Assembly (NCBI RefSeq): GCF_006345805.1
Contig: NC_043000.1
Coordinates: forward strand, 65,844,001-65,908,000
Direction of reading: 5' to 3'
Length of the DNA: 64,000 bases
Source of the DNA: Octopus sinensis
Lineage: Eukaryota
Shown here piece after piece: positions 13,099 through 26,916 of this stretch. The notes under the pieces were generated by a model. The model was not told the origin of the DNA. It did no database searches and saw only the letters and a list, made by a program, of their open reading frames with translations. The translations under genes were made by a program, and so were the position numbers. Numbering within the stretch: position 1 is the stretch's first letter; every line of letters starts with the position of its first letter.

Positions 13099-14325
13099 CG
13101 AGGTGGTATAAAAAAAGTTCTCGGACTAATTCTATAGCGCACCACCAAACAGCAGCACATGGTAGCGTGCGCAGTAAGAGGTAGCAGTGACCGTCATAAG
13201 ACAGTATACCGAAAGACATCGCTGTGTTTACTTTGCAAGTTGTGAAATTTGTGTCTGTGTGCTCATGTGTATGCTGTAGTCTGCGATTTTGCTATGGACA
13301 GGAAGTTGGAAGAAAGAGCCAACGTGAAATTTTGCGTTAGCTTTGGGAAGTCTTTTACAAGACATTGAGCAAGTTTCGGCAAGCTTACGGTGATAAGGCA
13401 ATGGGTTGTACGCAATGTTTTGAGTAGCACGGGCGCTTCAAAGGCGGAAGAACGTCCCTGGAAGACGGATAAGCGATCTGTAAGACCTGTTACAAGCCTC
13501 ATCCCTGGAAATGCGGAGAAAATTCATCAGCTTATCCACGAGGATCGTCGGAGGACAATCAACGACATTGCTGATGTTGTTGTTGTTCTATCTATGGGTC
13601 CGTGCAGGCAACCCTAACGTCTGAATTGAATATGCAGCGTGCCAAGTTTGTCCCCCGCCTGCTGACGGGGGAGCAGAAGACCATCGCATCAAAGTCTATC
13701 AAGATCTCCGTCAGCGTGTCGCTGATGATCCATCCTTCATATCAAGAATCATCACCAGTGACGAGAGTTGGGTCTACGGGTCGTTACAATGGAAGAGCCT
13801 TTCATCTCCAAGACCGAAGAAGGAACGACAGAGCCGCAACCCAATTAAGAGCATGCTTGTCATATTTTTTTCTTTCGACATATGCGGTATTGTGCCTCGA
13901 GCGTTCATCCCCCAAGGCCAGACAGTCAATCGGGAGTTCTACTGCGACGTTCTGAAGAGTTTGAGAGAGAACAACATTTGGTGAAAGCGACCGGATCTGT
14001 GGAGCGGGAAGAATTGGAGTCTTCACAACGACAATGCACCATGTCACCGAGCTCTCCTCACTCGTGAGTTTCTCGCCAAAAACAAGCTGGTATTGCTTCC
14101 GTACCCCCTCTATTCACCGGGTTTAGCACCTGTAAACTTCCATCTCTTCCCTAAGATGAAAATGAAGCTCAAAAGTCACCGTTTTAACAACGTTGTTGTG
14201 ATCCAGAGCGAATCGCAGAAGGTCCTCGACTCGCTTGTGGAGAACGACTTCCAGGCTGGATTCCAAAAGTCACAGGGACGCTTGGACCGGTGCATTACTG
14301 CGCAAGGTGACTATTTCGAAGGAAG
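13099..14325 (+). mobile_element. Decayed mariner, right TIR missing
   Basis: Left end tacgaggtggtataaaaaaagttctcggact. Remnants ERANVKFCVSFGKS, KFVPRLLT and [28 protein letters not shown]. Confidence 0.85.
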
Positions 14326-14357
14326 TGATGTTACACTAAATCGTCGAACCACGTTAA

Positions 14358-14429
<72 letters not shown>

Positions 14430-14441
14430 ATATATATATGC

Positions 14442-14511
<70 letters not shown>

Positions 14512-14513
<2 letters not shown>

Positions 14514-14829
14514 CTGCAGCGTGGAAGGTGTTTATAAGCCATTTAAGAAACACACAAAAACCGTTAGATTCACTTCAACATTTAAATTTAATTTGTCAGA
14601 ATATTTTCGTCGCTTTGAGACCGTGATGCAGTATGAAGTTTTGTCAGTGAACAGGTCGCGGTCTCAAAGCGTCGAAAATATTCTGACAAATTAATTAAAT
14701 TTAAATGTTGAAGTGAATCTAACGGTTTTTGTGTGTTTCTTAAATGGCTTATAAACACCTTCCACGCTGCAATTGTTTTTGTTCCAGCACACGATCTCAG
14801 ATCAGGTCACTTGCTATGCAAGTACATCT

Positions 14830-14832
<3 letters not shown>
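14512..14832 (+). mobile_element. Non-coding fold-back element, family F copy 2
   Basis: 14515-14623 is a near-perfect inverted copy of 14659-14771 (one substitution, one 4-nt insertion). Embedded in (TA)n on both sides; same 3' end (caagtacatct) as copy 1. Confidence 0.8.
14640..14690 (+). ncRNA. Minimal type I hammerhead ribozyme, G3:C8 variant
   Basis: tttgtca-GTGAACA-g-gtcgc-ggtctcaaa-gcgtc-GAAA-atatt-C-tgacaaa. One stem II mismatch; the inverted arm retains the paired gcgac. Confidence 0.65.
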
Positions 14833-14865
<33 letters not shown>

Positions 14866-14920
14866 AGTGAATGGAAGAAATGGAGTTGAACGAAGATTGT
14901 ACAGAATTCCTTTTATTACA

Positions 14921-15000
14921 TTCTACACATGTTTCAAAGGCCACAATTTTCCAAATTCTGATTAAATAAGGATACCATATTGTAGCTTTCTCTTCAGGAA
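14921..15000 (-). ncRNA. Type I hammerhead ribozyme motif (canonical core) in a probable PLE terminal repeat
   Basis: ttc-CTGAAGA-gaaagctacaat..attgtggccttt-GAAA-catgt-GTA-gaa: 12-position stem II with one mismatch, 3-bp stem I. Confidence 0.6.
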
Positions 15001-15243
15001 AAAACAGGAATTCCGTTGACAGAGCAAAACAAAACAGAGGCGCAGCAACGCAATTCGAACGAGGACGCTCCTTAAGAGCTGTGATTTTTGCTACCCAGGT
15101 ATCGGTTAAACTTTTGAATAATCTGTAACAAGAAAATTCATCTTTCTATTTCAACAAAAATATATATATATATATACTAATACAATTGTTCGTTTGTTTT
15201 CCACCTGCCTTCGTCTTTTGTTTATTTTCATAAAGCTTCCCGT

Positions 15244-15322
<79 letters not shown>

Positions 15323-15389
15323 GTTATAATGTATATATAAAAATTAAAAATTGTATAATACAGCAGCATTTTCGAACTTCATTTTTTAC

Positions 15390-15444
<55 letters not shown>

Positions 15445-15489
15445 CTCTTTCTCTTTATATATAGGATATATTTCTCAAAACACGAAACT

Positions 15490-15960
15490 ACCAAATCAGT
15501 GAGGTATCAAATGCGACTTTCAGTTATTTAGTAATGTTCTTTTGGTCTTAGGGAGTTTCGAGTCTTTCAACATCTATCTCCTCGCCCAGTTGATACAGCT
15601 AAATTTGATCAAGTCCAAGCTTGCATCCCAGAAGCAGCAAATAACGGGTTTTCTCCCTTCATCACAAGCCATCAGGCTGCCTTCGCTGCAGCCTCGGTGA
15701 TGGTATGCGTAACACCTCTCCCTTTGCTGCGCCAGTAAATTCAAGCCCAGTCAGAGCTTTGCAGAGTGAACGCACTACAAAACCCTTGCAGCCTACTTCA
15801 TTTGACTCGTAGTGAGCCTTTCCTAGCCTTGGCTTCTGTACTGATCTACCAGCCCCTAGTATTTGGTAAGCTTTCTCTCACGTGTTCTTTCCAGGGCACA
15901 GTCAGTTCCCACATGCTTACCTGCTAGGTGAAATATGAGAAAACTATGTTTAGACGGAGT
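15490..15960 (-). mobile_element. HERO-like RLE LINE 3' fragment
   Basis: Broken frames give ELTVPWK, RERKLTKY*, EVGCKGF..SLCKAL, followed by a 3' UTR resembling HERO ends. Confidence 0.7.
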
Positions 15961-18799
15961 GATGTTGATGTGAAATGTTCTGGGAACTTTCGTAAAAATT
16001 CTTCTCCCTTCACTCGGTCAGTCTGTGAAGCAGTTAAAGAATTACTGGGGAAATATATACCTCGGCTTAAACCATTTTACTAAATAGCTTTGACAATATA
16101 AATCTTTCATAATTCAAACATATGGTGTCATGGATAGTCACTATTATTCCAACTCCTCTAACTTTAGTCGATTTTCAAATTAGAACAATCAACCATCCCA
16201 AATCTGTCAGAAAAGAGAGCGATAAAAAAGTAAACACACTTCCGAGATCATCGCCTCCATTAAACTCATGTTTATAAAACTCATGTTTATAAAACCGAGA
16301 ACACGTACAGTTTAAAAACAATCTAAAATCGCAGTTTGAGAATTTTTTTAGTTTCTTTAAACCAACGTTAACCTTTAAGGCGACGATAGGTAAAACAACA
16401 ACAACAACTCTCATATTAAAGGTTATCGAGGATATCACTAACTATTAAAAGCCGTGATAAAACATATTACGCAACCACTATATGCCTGTATCCAACATAC
16501 ATTATTTAAAAAATTTTTTCTTTCTAATCTTGCAAACAACAATCCCAAATATCCAAACCTCTTGTTATTTAGATAATTTGATAAACAATATACAGGTACG
16601 AAATAATAATGATCACTCTGATACAACACCTAGAAGATACCCGATGTGTAAATAGTAATAAACTAAACGTGAGTCAGTCGGCTGAATAACAAAACAAGAG
16701 AAAAATGTCACCAACATTCTTCAGTGCAACAACATGCACCGTAGAATTGGATACTTAGAAACCTTTTTATAGTGCAACGTGAACTGTGTATTACGAAAAA
16801 GAAAACTTTCAAAAAGATGGAGTGGTATTACACTTCAAACACAAGTAAATTAATAGCTCTTAAGACATGAAGACTAAGAAAATAAACTCTGAAACATGAA
16901 CTCAAATCGCTGAGTGAAAAAATCTACTACCAAATACGGTCAACACACCATCATTATTTTCAGGTTTTCTTTAACCACAAGCTGTATAATGTAAGATTAA
17001 AGAAAATAAATTCTCTCTAAAAATAGTCTCTGTTTCAAAATCTTAAATAATTTAGATCTAAGATCTGAAAGGAAAACTATTTCAAAAACTAATGTATTAT
17101 TGCTGCAAAGAATCAAGTCTGGATACTACATCAGCTACCATCAGTAAAAACATATAACTATTAACTCTGAAACTATCACTAAACCCGTGGCCATGAAACT
17201 TGATGGCTGAATTCTGGTACAAGATGTTGACCTTTTACAAAAAGTCAGTCATCTGAATATTCAAATGATCTGTGGAAGACTAAATTGTCATGCTCGACTG
17301 GCTTATCATAGCATAAACAAATTTTGTAGTTAAAAATCAAAACACCCTTGACAAACTGTCTCAATTCCTTCAAAACTAATGCAAATTTAACAAGGTAATA
17401 ACTAATGAGCAGGTAGATTGAAAGAAGGAAATGTGAGCATCTACCCAACCATCATTGTGTCTAAAGTCAAGAAAAATAAGCACAATCTTTATAACAGCGA
17501 GTTTTTGACTACTACTCACTCATAACTGTCCGATTCACTACGTTTGATAAGAATACATGCTTCCCTATTTACTGTCATTTGAAATCTCATAATAACCATT
17601 CGGTCATACCTAATGTGTTCCGCCACAGATAGAAACAACAATGTAACTTATAATTTATTTATTAACGATCTAATGATCTTCACTGGCAATACATACAATA
17701 CTGAGAAGCAGATAGATTTTAATAACTTTTTCAGCTGAAATAGAGATGGAATTTTACCAAAAGAAATATTCGTACTTGACAGTTAAACGTGGGAAATAAT
17801 TCATATGAATTTTCACTATTTCGTCAGAGGAGTAGAAAGAGTGCTGGAAAAAAATGTATGGCTCTAAAGAGCAGCTATTCGTGAAACGCACTGTTACAGA
17901 AGGAAGCATAAAGAGAGAAGGAAACGTTAACGTGACTTGGATTGATAGTATACACACTTTTAGTTATATGACACACACCACACAAAGCAACGCAAATACT
18001 AACTAGGAACATAGATCATGATGTATCAGAATAAAAAACAACCATATAATTAGAAGGCAAAGACAAAATAATTAAAGCTAGCCAAATACTCATAAGAAAA
18101 GTAATCTTTCATGAAGATTACTTATCCGTTTACATATCTGATAAGCTTTGGCACCATTAACCTGTTGTATGAAACTCCCAATGACTATAGATACTTGGGA
18201 CAAATTTTAAACCACTAAATAGAGGACTTGAAAATATTTGTAATGGATAACTTAGTTCGAAAACTGATTAAATATTTTTCATAAATTGAGCCAAGACATA
18301 TAAGTGTATGGGATGAAACAAATGTGTGAAATCTATAATCAGAAGAGATAAATTAATAAAACTGAGAATATTAATGTCGATGCGGACAACAAAATTAGAG
18401 AACTATACTAGAAACCACACATACAAAAATGTAGGATAGAGCGAAAGTGACGAAAATGAGGAAGAAATTAGAAAAGGTTGCTACAGAAGAATCATACTTT
18501 TATTTTAAAACATTGCTAGAAATTTGTAGGAATACAAAAATATTTAAGAGCAAACAAATAGAAACTGATTAGTATAATAAGAAATTAGGAAGAAACTAAA
18601 CAAAATATTTTTCTCTATATATAAGGAAACAATGAAGTACAACCTACGAATTTTAGATAAATTAAGAGGAAAGGGAGAAAATAAACGAAAGACAAAATCA
18701 AAACGGAATTCTAAAATAAATTAAAGAAGATAGAAAGAAGAAAACTTATTCCATGGCCAGTACACAACATAACTCATCACAGAGAACTGAACCAGAATG

Positions 18800-19460
18800 A
18801 AGCTAACAATGGTTTAAAAGTCTTGGAGTTAAGTAGAAACAGGAACTGTAAAGTTAGCTGAAAATAACCAATATCTATCCACGTAAAAACGGATATGAAG
18901 TGGTATAAACATATATGCAATACTATACATAGCGACCAGGTCATATTCATCTGATTCATAGCTATCCAGACTGACAAGGAGATCAGGGCCCATCGCCTAT
19001 ATATACATTTATCAAAGACTGAAACGAAACTCTGTATCCTGAGAGATGTCTCGATCTTAGCCTAAATTTAGAGAAACAAAATACAAGCATCTTGAAAATG
19101 AAATAAAAGGATGTGGGACATGAATGTAAAAACAGGAAGGCTACTCCGTCTTCATATGATTTAAAAAGAAAACATAAACAAAAACATACAACTCCTACAT
19201 GATCCGAATATAGTTCTACTTTGTACAGCTTACATCCTGTTGAATTGCACAACTTAAAGAGTACTCTCTCTGCAAACATCCTTTACCTTATATAATCACC
19301 ATCCAATAAAATAATAAAATAGAATCAAACCAAATTGAGGAGTTAGGCAGAAACACTAGAGAACTTCTAGTAACGATTAATAGTTATATCCAACTCAAGG
19401 CTGATATAGATAAAATATACTTATCCAGCATACAGAGATTTGTATATATACAGGCCTTCT
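18800..19460 (+). mobile_element. Very old R4/Dong-like RT fragment
   Basis: YKHL remnant and NQT..EELGRNTRELLV..ADIDKIYLS, paralleling ELDRKTRK..KADIDRLYL. Confidence 0.4.
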
Positions 19461-19913
19461 GATCCAAATGGAAAACTTCTACGAAATAACAGTGTTATTA
19501 GAGCACATACTGTACAGAATCACTACTAAACAATATAAATCAAGACATGCAACACATACTCTACACAATCAACGCCACTGTCAGCAAAATAACATAGCAT
19601 ATTCTCACATAATCAATATAACTTCAACAACTCCCATTCTACACAGTTACTAACCATGTAACTCAACTCTCACAACATATACCAAACACAAACACCTGAC
19701 ACGAACACCAACAAAATAATACCAGCTTGTATTGCGCAAATCTACTCAGCCGGTGAAGCATTAAAACAACACCATAACAGCAAAAATCCCACAATAAATC
19801 AAAAGTGAAGTGGTTTACCAACACAACCCTATATCCCAAAGTGCACAAGGGTGCATCTGAGCAGTAAAAACTGGATGGAGGAAGAGAAGAGGAGGATGAT
19901 GTGACAATGATGG

Positions 19914-19960
<47 letters not shown>

Positions 19961-19989
19961 ATAATGATGATGAATGTTTCTAAATAAGA

Positions 19990-20110
19990 TGCAAAGCTTA
20001 TAAATCTGGGGATTTATTTATTGACTTTAGAAGGATGAAAAACAGTTGACCTCAGCGGGATTTTAGCTCAAAACGTAAATAAAAGGCCGGAATAAATACA
20101 TTGGTATTTT
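19990..20110 (-). mobile_element. SINE family A fragment
   Basis: gaaggatgaaaaacagttgacctcagcgggattttagctcaaaacgtaa. Confidence 0.6.
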
Positions 20111-21620
20111 ATTCAATGTGAAAGATCCCCGCATCCTCTGCGGCACGATACCTCAATTGTGAAGAGACCGCTGTCGTTGTCTGTAGTAACAATCTATCAC
20201 CTTGAGGCCCCTCGTACTCTTCCGTCATTTCTTTTTTCAATCAACGCTCTATTTGATTCGTCTATCGCCATTAAATCAAGTAAGTCTGGGTTCTCTCTTA
20301 AAAATATTGTAAGTTTCAAACACTTCATGGTGACGGGCGTCTCTTCAGCCCCTTACATGCTTTTTGTCCTTTATTTATATATTATTTTATTGTCCCAATT
20401 TTCACTTCTTACTGTCTTCTACAGTTTCCACCCTTCATAAGTTTTTATCCTCTCCCGGTCGTGGCAGGACAGTGGTGGTAGTGTATTGCTCTTTGTAATT
20501 TCTGGCCGGTCCTGTATCGGGAGATGAGAATCTTGGGTTCTGCATTGTCGTTGGACTCTGGTTCTGGTAGCATTTAGGTTGAGTTAATTTCATTTGTTTT
20601 CATTCTGGCTCTGCTGGAAGCTGTAACCAACCATCCTCTTGAACGAGCGATAACAGTAACCATAGTCTGCTTCATGCTATTGCTGCTGTCTCAATTCCTG
20701 TCTGCTGGCTTACTCTTTTCCATTGCTCTTCTTCTTGGTTGAAAGCCCTCTTATGTGGTCTTTATCACAGCGGGTGTATCAGCTGGACATTCACGCCAGT
20801 GTTAACAGTCTGACTGGCTTTCTCGTCGCTCCTTAGATTAAGTACAACGTTTGTATTGCTTTGGGATACTTGGAAAATCTACCAAAACTTTGAGGTGTAT
20901 GCAAACTCCACCCGAACCCACGGTGTTGTGTGTCACTTTCCATCTCATCTTGCATCCTTACTGCTATGCAAACATGATGACCAGTTAGTGCAGACGACCT
21001 TGCAAATATCTTTAGCCTTGACTCTGATGTTCCTAATGCCGCTTCCACTGAGGTATCAATATTGAGTAGACGTTTGGTGCACAAGCACTGCCTGTTTCCG
21101 CCTGATTCTCGATAATGCGCTTCTATATGCATTGTTCCGGTCGATAGAACACACATCTTACCATATATCGATCAAAGATTCCACCAACTCCTCTTTCAAA
21201 GGCATTTAGAAAGCCCATCTGTGTTTTGAAAAACTATGCTCTTCCTTCCAACCCTTTCCTGGATAAATTGATGAAGCAAGGACACGCTATATTTTGTGAT
21301 ACACCTCGTCCTTTTCTACTCCTTTTTTGTGATTGCTTAAGTTGTATTCATACATTTAAGCACGACATTTGCGGAATATTTTTGTTATGACTGGTGATAC
21401 TGTGGTTGCTATTCATATTAGTCTTTGTCCTCCCCCACCGTTAAATTAATGTTTCCATCATTTTCCTTTTACCTTCCATTGTACATACTTAAGCCTGAAA
21501 TTCCATTTGTATATTTGATATTTCATATTTGCTGAACACTTATGTTTAAAGAAATCTACAATTTCATTCAAATAACAAGGATTCCAATTATATCATAATA
21601 TTCTCGCCATAAGGAGGTAT

Positions 21621-21659
<39 letters not shown>

Positions 21660-21849
21660 GGAGAACGGCAACGACTCCACAATATTTAGAAAGGACGACA
21701 GCATCGTCATTCTAACAGCCACCAATGTTGTTGCCATAGCAACGAAAATCATTTACATGATTGTCAAAGCCAAGACTACAACGCCACGCCAAGGTAATGC
21801 AGATTAGAAAACTTACGCTACCATCTGTAACAGCAACAGCAATAATAAT

Positions 21850-22006
21850 AACAATCTACTTTAATTTAGGTACAAGACCAGCAGATTTTGAGGGTAATGG
21901 GTTAGTCAATTATATCAATCTTAGTTGATATTTTATCCGCCCCTCAATGGGATTTGAACTCAAAATGTAATGAGCCGGAACAAATACCGCAAGGAACAGT
22001 CCGTTC

Positions 22007-22007
<1 letters not shown>
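21850..22007 (-). mobile_element. SINE family A, decayed
   Basis: ggtacaagaccagcagattttg..ggatttgaactcaaaatgtaa..aataccgcaagg. Confidence 0.55.
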
Positions 22008-22092
<85 letters not shown>

Positions 22093-22146
22093 TAGTAGTA
22101 GTAGTAGTAGTAGTAGTATAGTAGTAGTAGTAGTAGTAGTAGTAGT
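22005..22146. repeat. (AAT)n/(AGT)n microsatellite
   Basis: Direct repeats immediately 5' of a Dong-like LINE. Confidence 0.95.
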
Positions 22147-23537
22147 GAAAGCTGATGAAAGTCGATTTTTTGCGGGTAAGATATGGAGTAAGCAAAAACA
22201 GCATAATACTACAGCTGAATGGCTCCGCAAACTGAGGCAAACAACTTATCCTCCACAAGAGCCTATCCCCTTCACAGAAGACGGTATTTGAAATATGAAT
22301 AAACAGATAAGCAATCAGAAGGACCTGATGGTGTACAGGGATTTAGTTACCATAAATTGATCGCAGAGGAATTTAATGCATTGATCAATGGAGAAGACGA
22401 AATCCCGGGCTGCTTGACAAAAGGATGAATGGTGTTGTGCTTAAAGGATGCATCAAAAGGAAATGCTGCTGATAATTACAGACCAATTTCCTGCCTCTCG
22501 TTACTGTCAGGAGGAATTGCAGAACAGTATAAATTTCTTGATGAGAACGATATATTACCGCCCGAACAAAAAGGAGATGCAGAGGTACCAAAGATCAACT
22601 ATGAATAGAGAAAACAATAATGCAAGATTGTAAACGAAGGAGAACAAATCTGGGAACGGTCTGGATTGACTATCTCAAAGCTTATGATATGATTCCACAT
22701 TCGTGGCTCATCGAGTGCTTAAATCTGTTTGGAATTGCGAGGAATGTAACGTGTTTTTTCAAGAGATGTATGGTGGGATGAAAAACTGAACTTACGAAAA
22801 AAGCTTGGGCACCTTGAGTATTAGAGGAGGGATTTTCCAGGGTGATAGCCTATCCCCGTTGCTTTCTGTTCTCTGCATGATAGCCCTAACCCTGGTACTT
22901 AGGAAAATGAACCTGGAGTACCAACCAAAGGAAAAATTTCAAATAATCAACCACCTATTCGTGGATGATTTGAAACTGTATGGCAAAGATGAGACTCAAG
23001 TGAGTTCCTTGTTGAACGCGGTCCACTGTATTAGTACTGATATTAGAATGGAATTTGGACTCAAGAAGTGCGGAATAATCAACCTAAAAGAAGCAAGGTA
23101 CAGTCCCTAGCAGGGATACAATTACCGAACAGAGACCTGATTAAACAAATTGAAAAGGAAGGATACAAAACCCTTGGGGTACTAGAGTTCAACGAGATAA
23201 TGGAAAAGGAAATGAAAGAACAACTGAGGATGGAGTATTTCCGAAGACTGAGGTTGGTGTTGCGCTCAAAATTGACTGGATGAAATAAAATTCAAGCAAT
23301 TAACATGTGGGCGATAACATCACTTCGGTATGGAGCGGAAATCATAAAATGGCAAAAGAGAGAAGTGAAGAAAATGGATACCAAGACCAGAAACTTGTTG
23401 ACAGTACACGGAGCCTTCCACCCTAAGAGTAACACCGATAGGCTGTACTTGTCCAGAAGAAAGGGTGGGAAGGTTTAATCAGCTGCCAGGACTGTATCGA
23501 AGCAGAGAAAAAAGGCCTTGGGTGGTATGTAAAAATT
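22147..23537 (+). mobile_element. R4/Dong-like LINE family 2, RT region (left of the MULE insertion)
   Basis: GPDGVQG, YRPISCL, WIDYLKAYDMIPHSW, GIFQGDSLSPLL, HLFVDDLKLYGK, FGLKKC and ..LGWYVK. Confidence 0.9.
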
Positions 23538-25466
23538 GGTGCTTTGTCTTTTCGTCCAACGTCACTTCGTCCACGTCTTTTCGTCTGATGATTTTTTTTC
23601 TTTTTCGTCCAACGACTTTTTCCAATTTTGAATAAAGTCTTTGAAAACAAGGTGAAATATTTCTAATGATATGTTCCCAGAACTATAACGAGCCTCGTTA
23701 TAGGATTGTTATTATCGTTCTTTTTCCTTCTCTGTTAATAGTTTTACTTCCTCTTTTTCCTTCTGTCTCTTAAGTATGGTGCTGTGTGTAGAGAGTGCTG
23801 CAAATTTAGTGTACATATTTTTAATTTACCCATCCTAATATGACAAAGTTCATAGTATCGATCAAAAACAATAGAAAAGTAGTTGATTAAAGTAATTACA
23901 TCTACGATTTTCATTCAAGCAATATAAAACTAGAAAACGAATACTGGAGAAAAGAGAAAAGAAGGCTATATTCAGTGCGAATTCACACTGTAACGGAAAA
24001 CAACGAGCCAAAAATTATTTATTTTTCTAGTGAGCACCTTCATCCAGCTGATGTAGATTCGTTAAATGCTAGAAAAGCAGTTGCAGAAATAAAGCATGAA
24101 GCGGTGGAAAACATAGTCGCAAGTTTGTGTAGCATAATAGCGGCTAAGTTTACGCAGCTAACAGAAAATACTTGCTCACAACTTCCTCGTTTGCCTGTAC
24201 TTTCCAGAATTATTCAAAGATACCGACAAAAAAAAATTCTGGATTTCCCGCTAATCCAGGGGCTAGAACTGGTTTTGAAATACCTGAAGAATATTGTAAA
24301 CTTGATAATGACGAACAGTTTCAGAGATACGATTCGAGTATCGAGGATCAGCAGCGCTTACTAGTATTTGCATCAGAAAGTGCTCTTCAACATTGTGCCA
24401 GAACAGTGGGTTCAACTGTTTAGCATTCATGTACAAATTAAAGCTAGCAGTTTTCCACGGGTCTTTGCATTACTGCCGAATAAAACAAATCAGATATATG
24501 AATTATTTTTCAAACAATTGAAAATTATGCAACATAGCCGCTTGATCTCATGGCAGATTTCGAAGTTCCTGTTTATAAGGCATTTAATCCATCATTCCCT
24601 AATTCATCTATTGTGGAATGTTTGTTTCATTTGAGCCAGTTAGTATTTCGAAAATTACAGATTTAGGCCTCACAGAAAAATACAATAAAGACTCTGAATT
24701 CTGTCTTAAAATTCGATGTTTTTCAACATTAGCCTTCCTACCCGTCGAAGATGTTGAAGGGGGTCTATGAAGAATTAATTGACGATGAAGAAATACCTGC
24801 TGAATTCATCGCTTACTACGACTTGACTTACATAGGCATTGTGAGAGGACGTGGTGCTAGACGAAGGAGAGAACCACCTACATTCCCGATAACTGTATGG
24901 AATATTGATCAGCGTCTTCTTCAAGATCTTCCCAAAACAAATAATGCTGCGGAGGAGTTCCATTCTGCGATAAAGCGTTCAGCGGGTTGAGCATGTTTGA
25001 ATATTTGAAAATTAATCAAAACTCTGAAGGAAGAGAAAGGGTTCGTTCAAGGTAAATTGACTCAAATTCTTCGAAGAGATCCATCAAATTCATGTACACG
25101 ATATCGAAGAATAACTGGATGCCTTGAAAGATTGTTCACTGAATATGGATGGGTCATCAAGAAAAATTGATTTTTTTTTTAAAGAGTGTGGCATATAATT
25201 TGCATCAATCTTAAGTGGTCATAATAATTCATTAGTTATATCTTATTACATTTTTATAATGACTTTTCGAAATACATTTTTCCACAGTATTTTACTTGAA
25301 TCCTATCAATAAAATTCTCAATGGTTATTTGATTTTCATGCTCACCTTGTTTTCTAAAGAGTTTATTTAAAATTAGACAAAAAGTCGTTGGACAAAAAAT
25401 CATCGGACAAAAATACGTGGGACGAAGACTCGTGGACGAAGTGACGTTAGACAAGTGACATCGCTC
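23538..25466 (+). mobile_element. MULE/Mutator DNA transposon with long imperfect TIRs
   Basis: TIRs of about 115-125 bp (23538-23655 and 25342-25466) built of ttcgtcc repeats. Frameshifted transposase: FALLPNKT..Y, DFE, CLFHLSQ, FSTLAFLPVEDV, KTNNAAEEFHS. Confidence 0.9.
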
Positions 25467-26243
25467 ACTTTGCAAGAGATGTTAACGCCAAGACAGATAT
25501 GGATGAGGAGAAGTGACATAAAGATAGAGACAAGCACTCATATGCCCAGCTCAAGAACAAGCGTTAAGGACCAACTATATGAAGTGCAGAATAGACAACA
25601 CTACCGATAGCGACAAATGCAGAATGTGTGGTAAGAGGGGTAAAACGGTATGGCACATCGTTAGCGAATTGGCACAACGTGAAAACAAAAGACGCCATGA
25701 CAATGTGGCAAGTATGATCTGTTGGGAGCTCTGTGGAAACCACGACCTACAAAGTATGAGCAAACTCCAGAAGGAGTCACCGAAAATGAAAATTGCAAAA
25801 TCCTGTGGGATGCAATGATCCAGTGCGATCACCTGACCAGACATCGGAAACCGGATATTGTTGTGGTGAATAAAAAAGAAAGAACATTTATGATAATCGA
25901 CATAGTATGCTCCGGTGACAACATGATCAATGTGAAAGAAGAAGAAAAAATAAACAATTATGACGATTTGAAGTAGGAAATACGAAGGCTGGGGTCAATG
26001 TGGATAGTTAACGTGATACCAATAGTGACTGCTGCACTTGGAAGTATCAGCACTCAACTACCAACATAGCTCAAAAAGATTGGTACAAGTGTGAAGGTAG
26101 AACACCTACAAAAATCAGCATTACTTGGAACTGCAAGAACTCTTCGCAGGGTTCTTGAAACATGACCAGTAAAGAAGTGCCACCTTAGTCTGCTGGGTGT
26201 GGACAGCTGACACTTTCCATCATACTCAGCAAAATAAGGTGTG
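25467..26243 (+). mobile_element. R4/Dong-like LINE family 2, CCHC/RLE region and 3' UTR
   Basis: QEQALRTNYMKCRID..KCRMCG..HIVS..RRHDNVA, ILWD..QCDH..RKPDIVVV..IIDIVCSGD, ALGS, QKSALLGTARTLR; (AAT)n tail. Confidence 0.9.
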
Positions 26244-26250
26244 AGGTTTC

Positions 26251-26326
<76 letters not shown>

Positions 26327-26870
26327 TTTCTCCAAGAACTAACGCGATTATGATTAGAAAAGCATAGAGTTGCGGGCAGCAATTTATTTTCTCAGGGAGA
26401 ACACAGTGACATTGTTATCCTGCGTCAACGAGACAAAGAACAAGATGAACAAAAGAAATAAATTTGAATGTTGTCAGAAACTATTTTCAGGCCGTCATAA
26501 ATATTCCCATATCAAAGGACGATCAAATAACTTATCGATAATGGAAGTAAATATATGTAGATACAATTTGCTCAGAACAACGAATAGCTGATGAAAAAAT
26601 AATAAAAATAAAAATAAACAATATTCAACCACGCGGATAACACTAAAATATACAATAAAAGAGGACATTGGTTGTCTAAGTTAGAAATTGAAGCTTTAAA
26701 GAGTTAGTGTTATAAATCATTTTGGTGGCTCTGTAAACAAGGAAATAATTGTAGTAATATTAATAATGTAATAATGGTAATAATAGCGATTGCAATATTA
26801 CTGTTGCCGATGAGAATAACAAGAAGTATGTTAATAGTTTAAACATTACCAATTCAAATCACCGTATTTT

Positions 26871-26916
26871 TTCAGTGACACCGAATCTCGCTTCTGCTAG
26901 ATTCGATGTCACTGAA
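26871..26916. other. Isolated 18-bp-stem hairpin
   Basis: ttcagtgacaccgaatct / agattcgatgtcactgaa; fully paired on the minus strand with one G-U. Confidence 0.7.

Noticed and set aside
20200-21300. Relatively GC-balanced stretch possibly from a LINE 5' region
   Set aside because: No diagnostic motif could be recovered in any frame.
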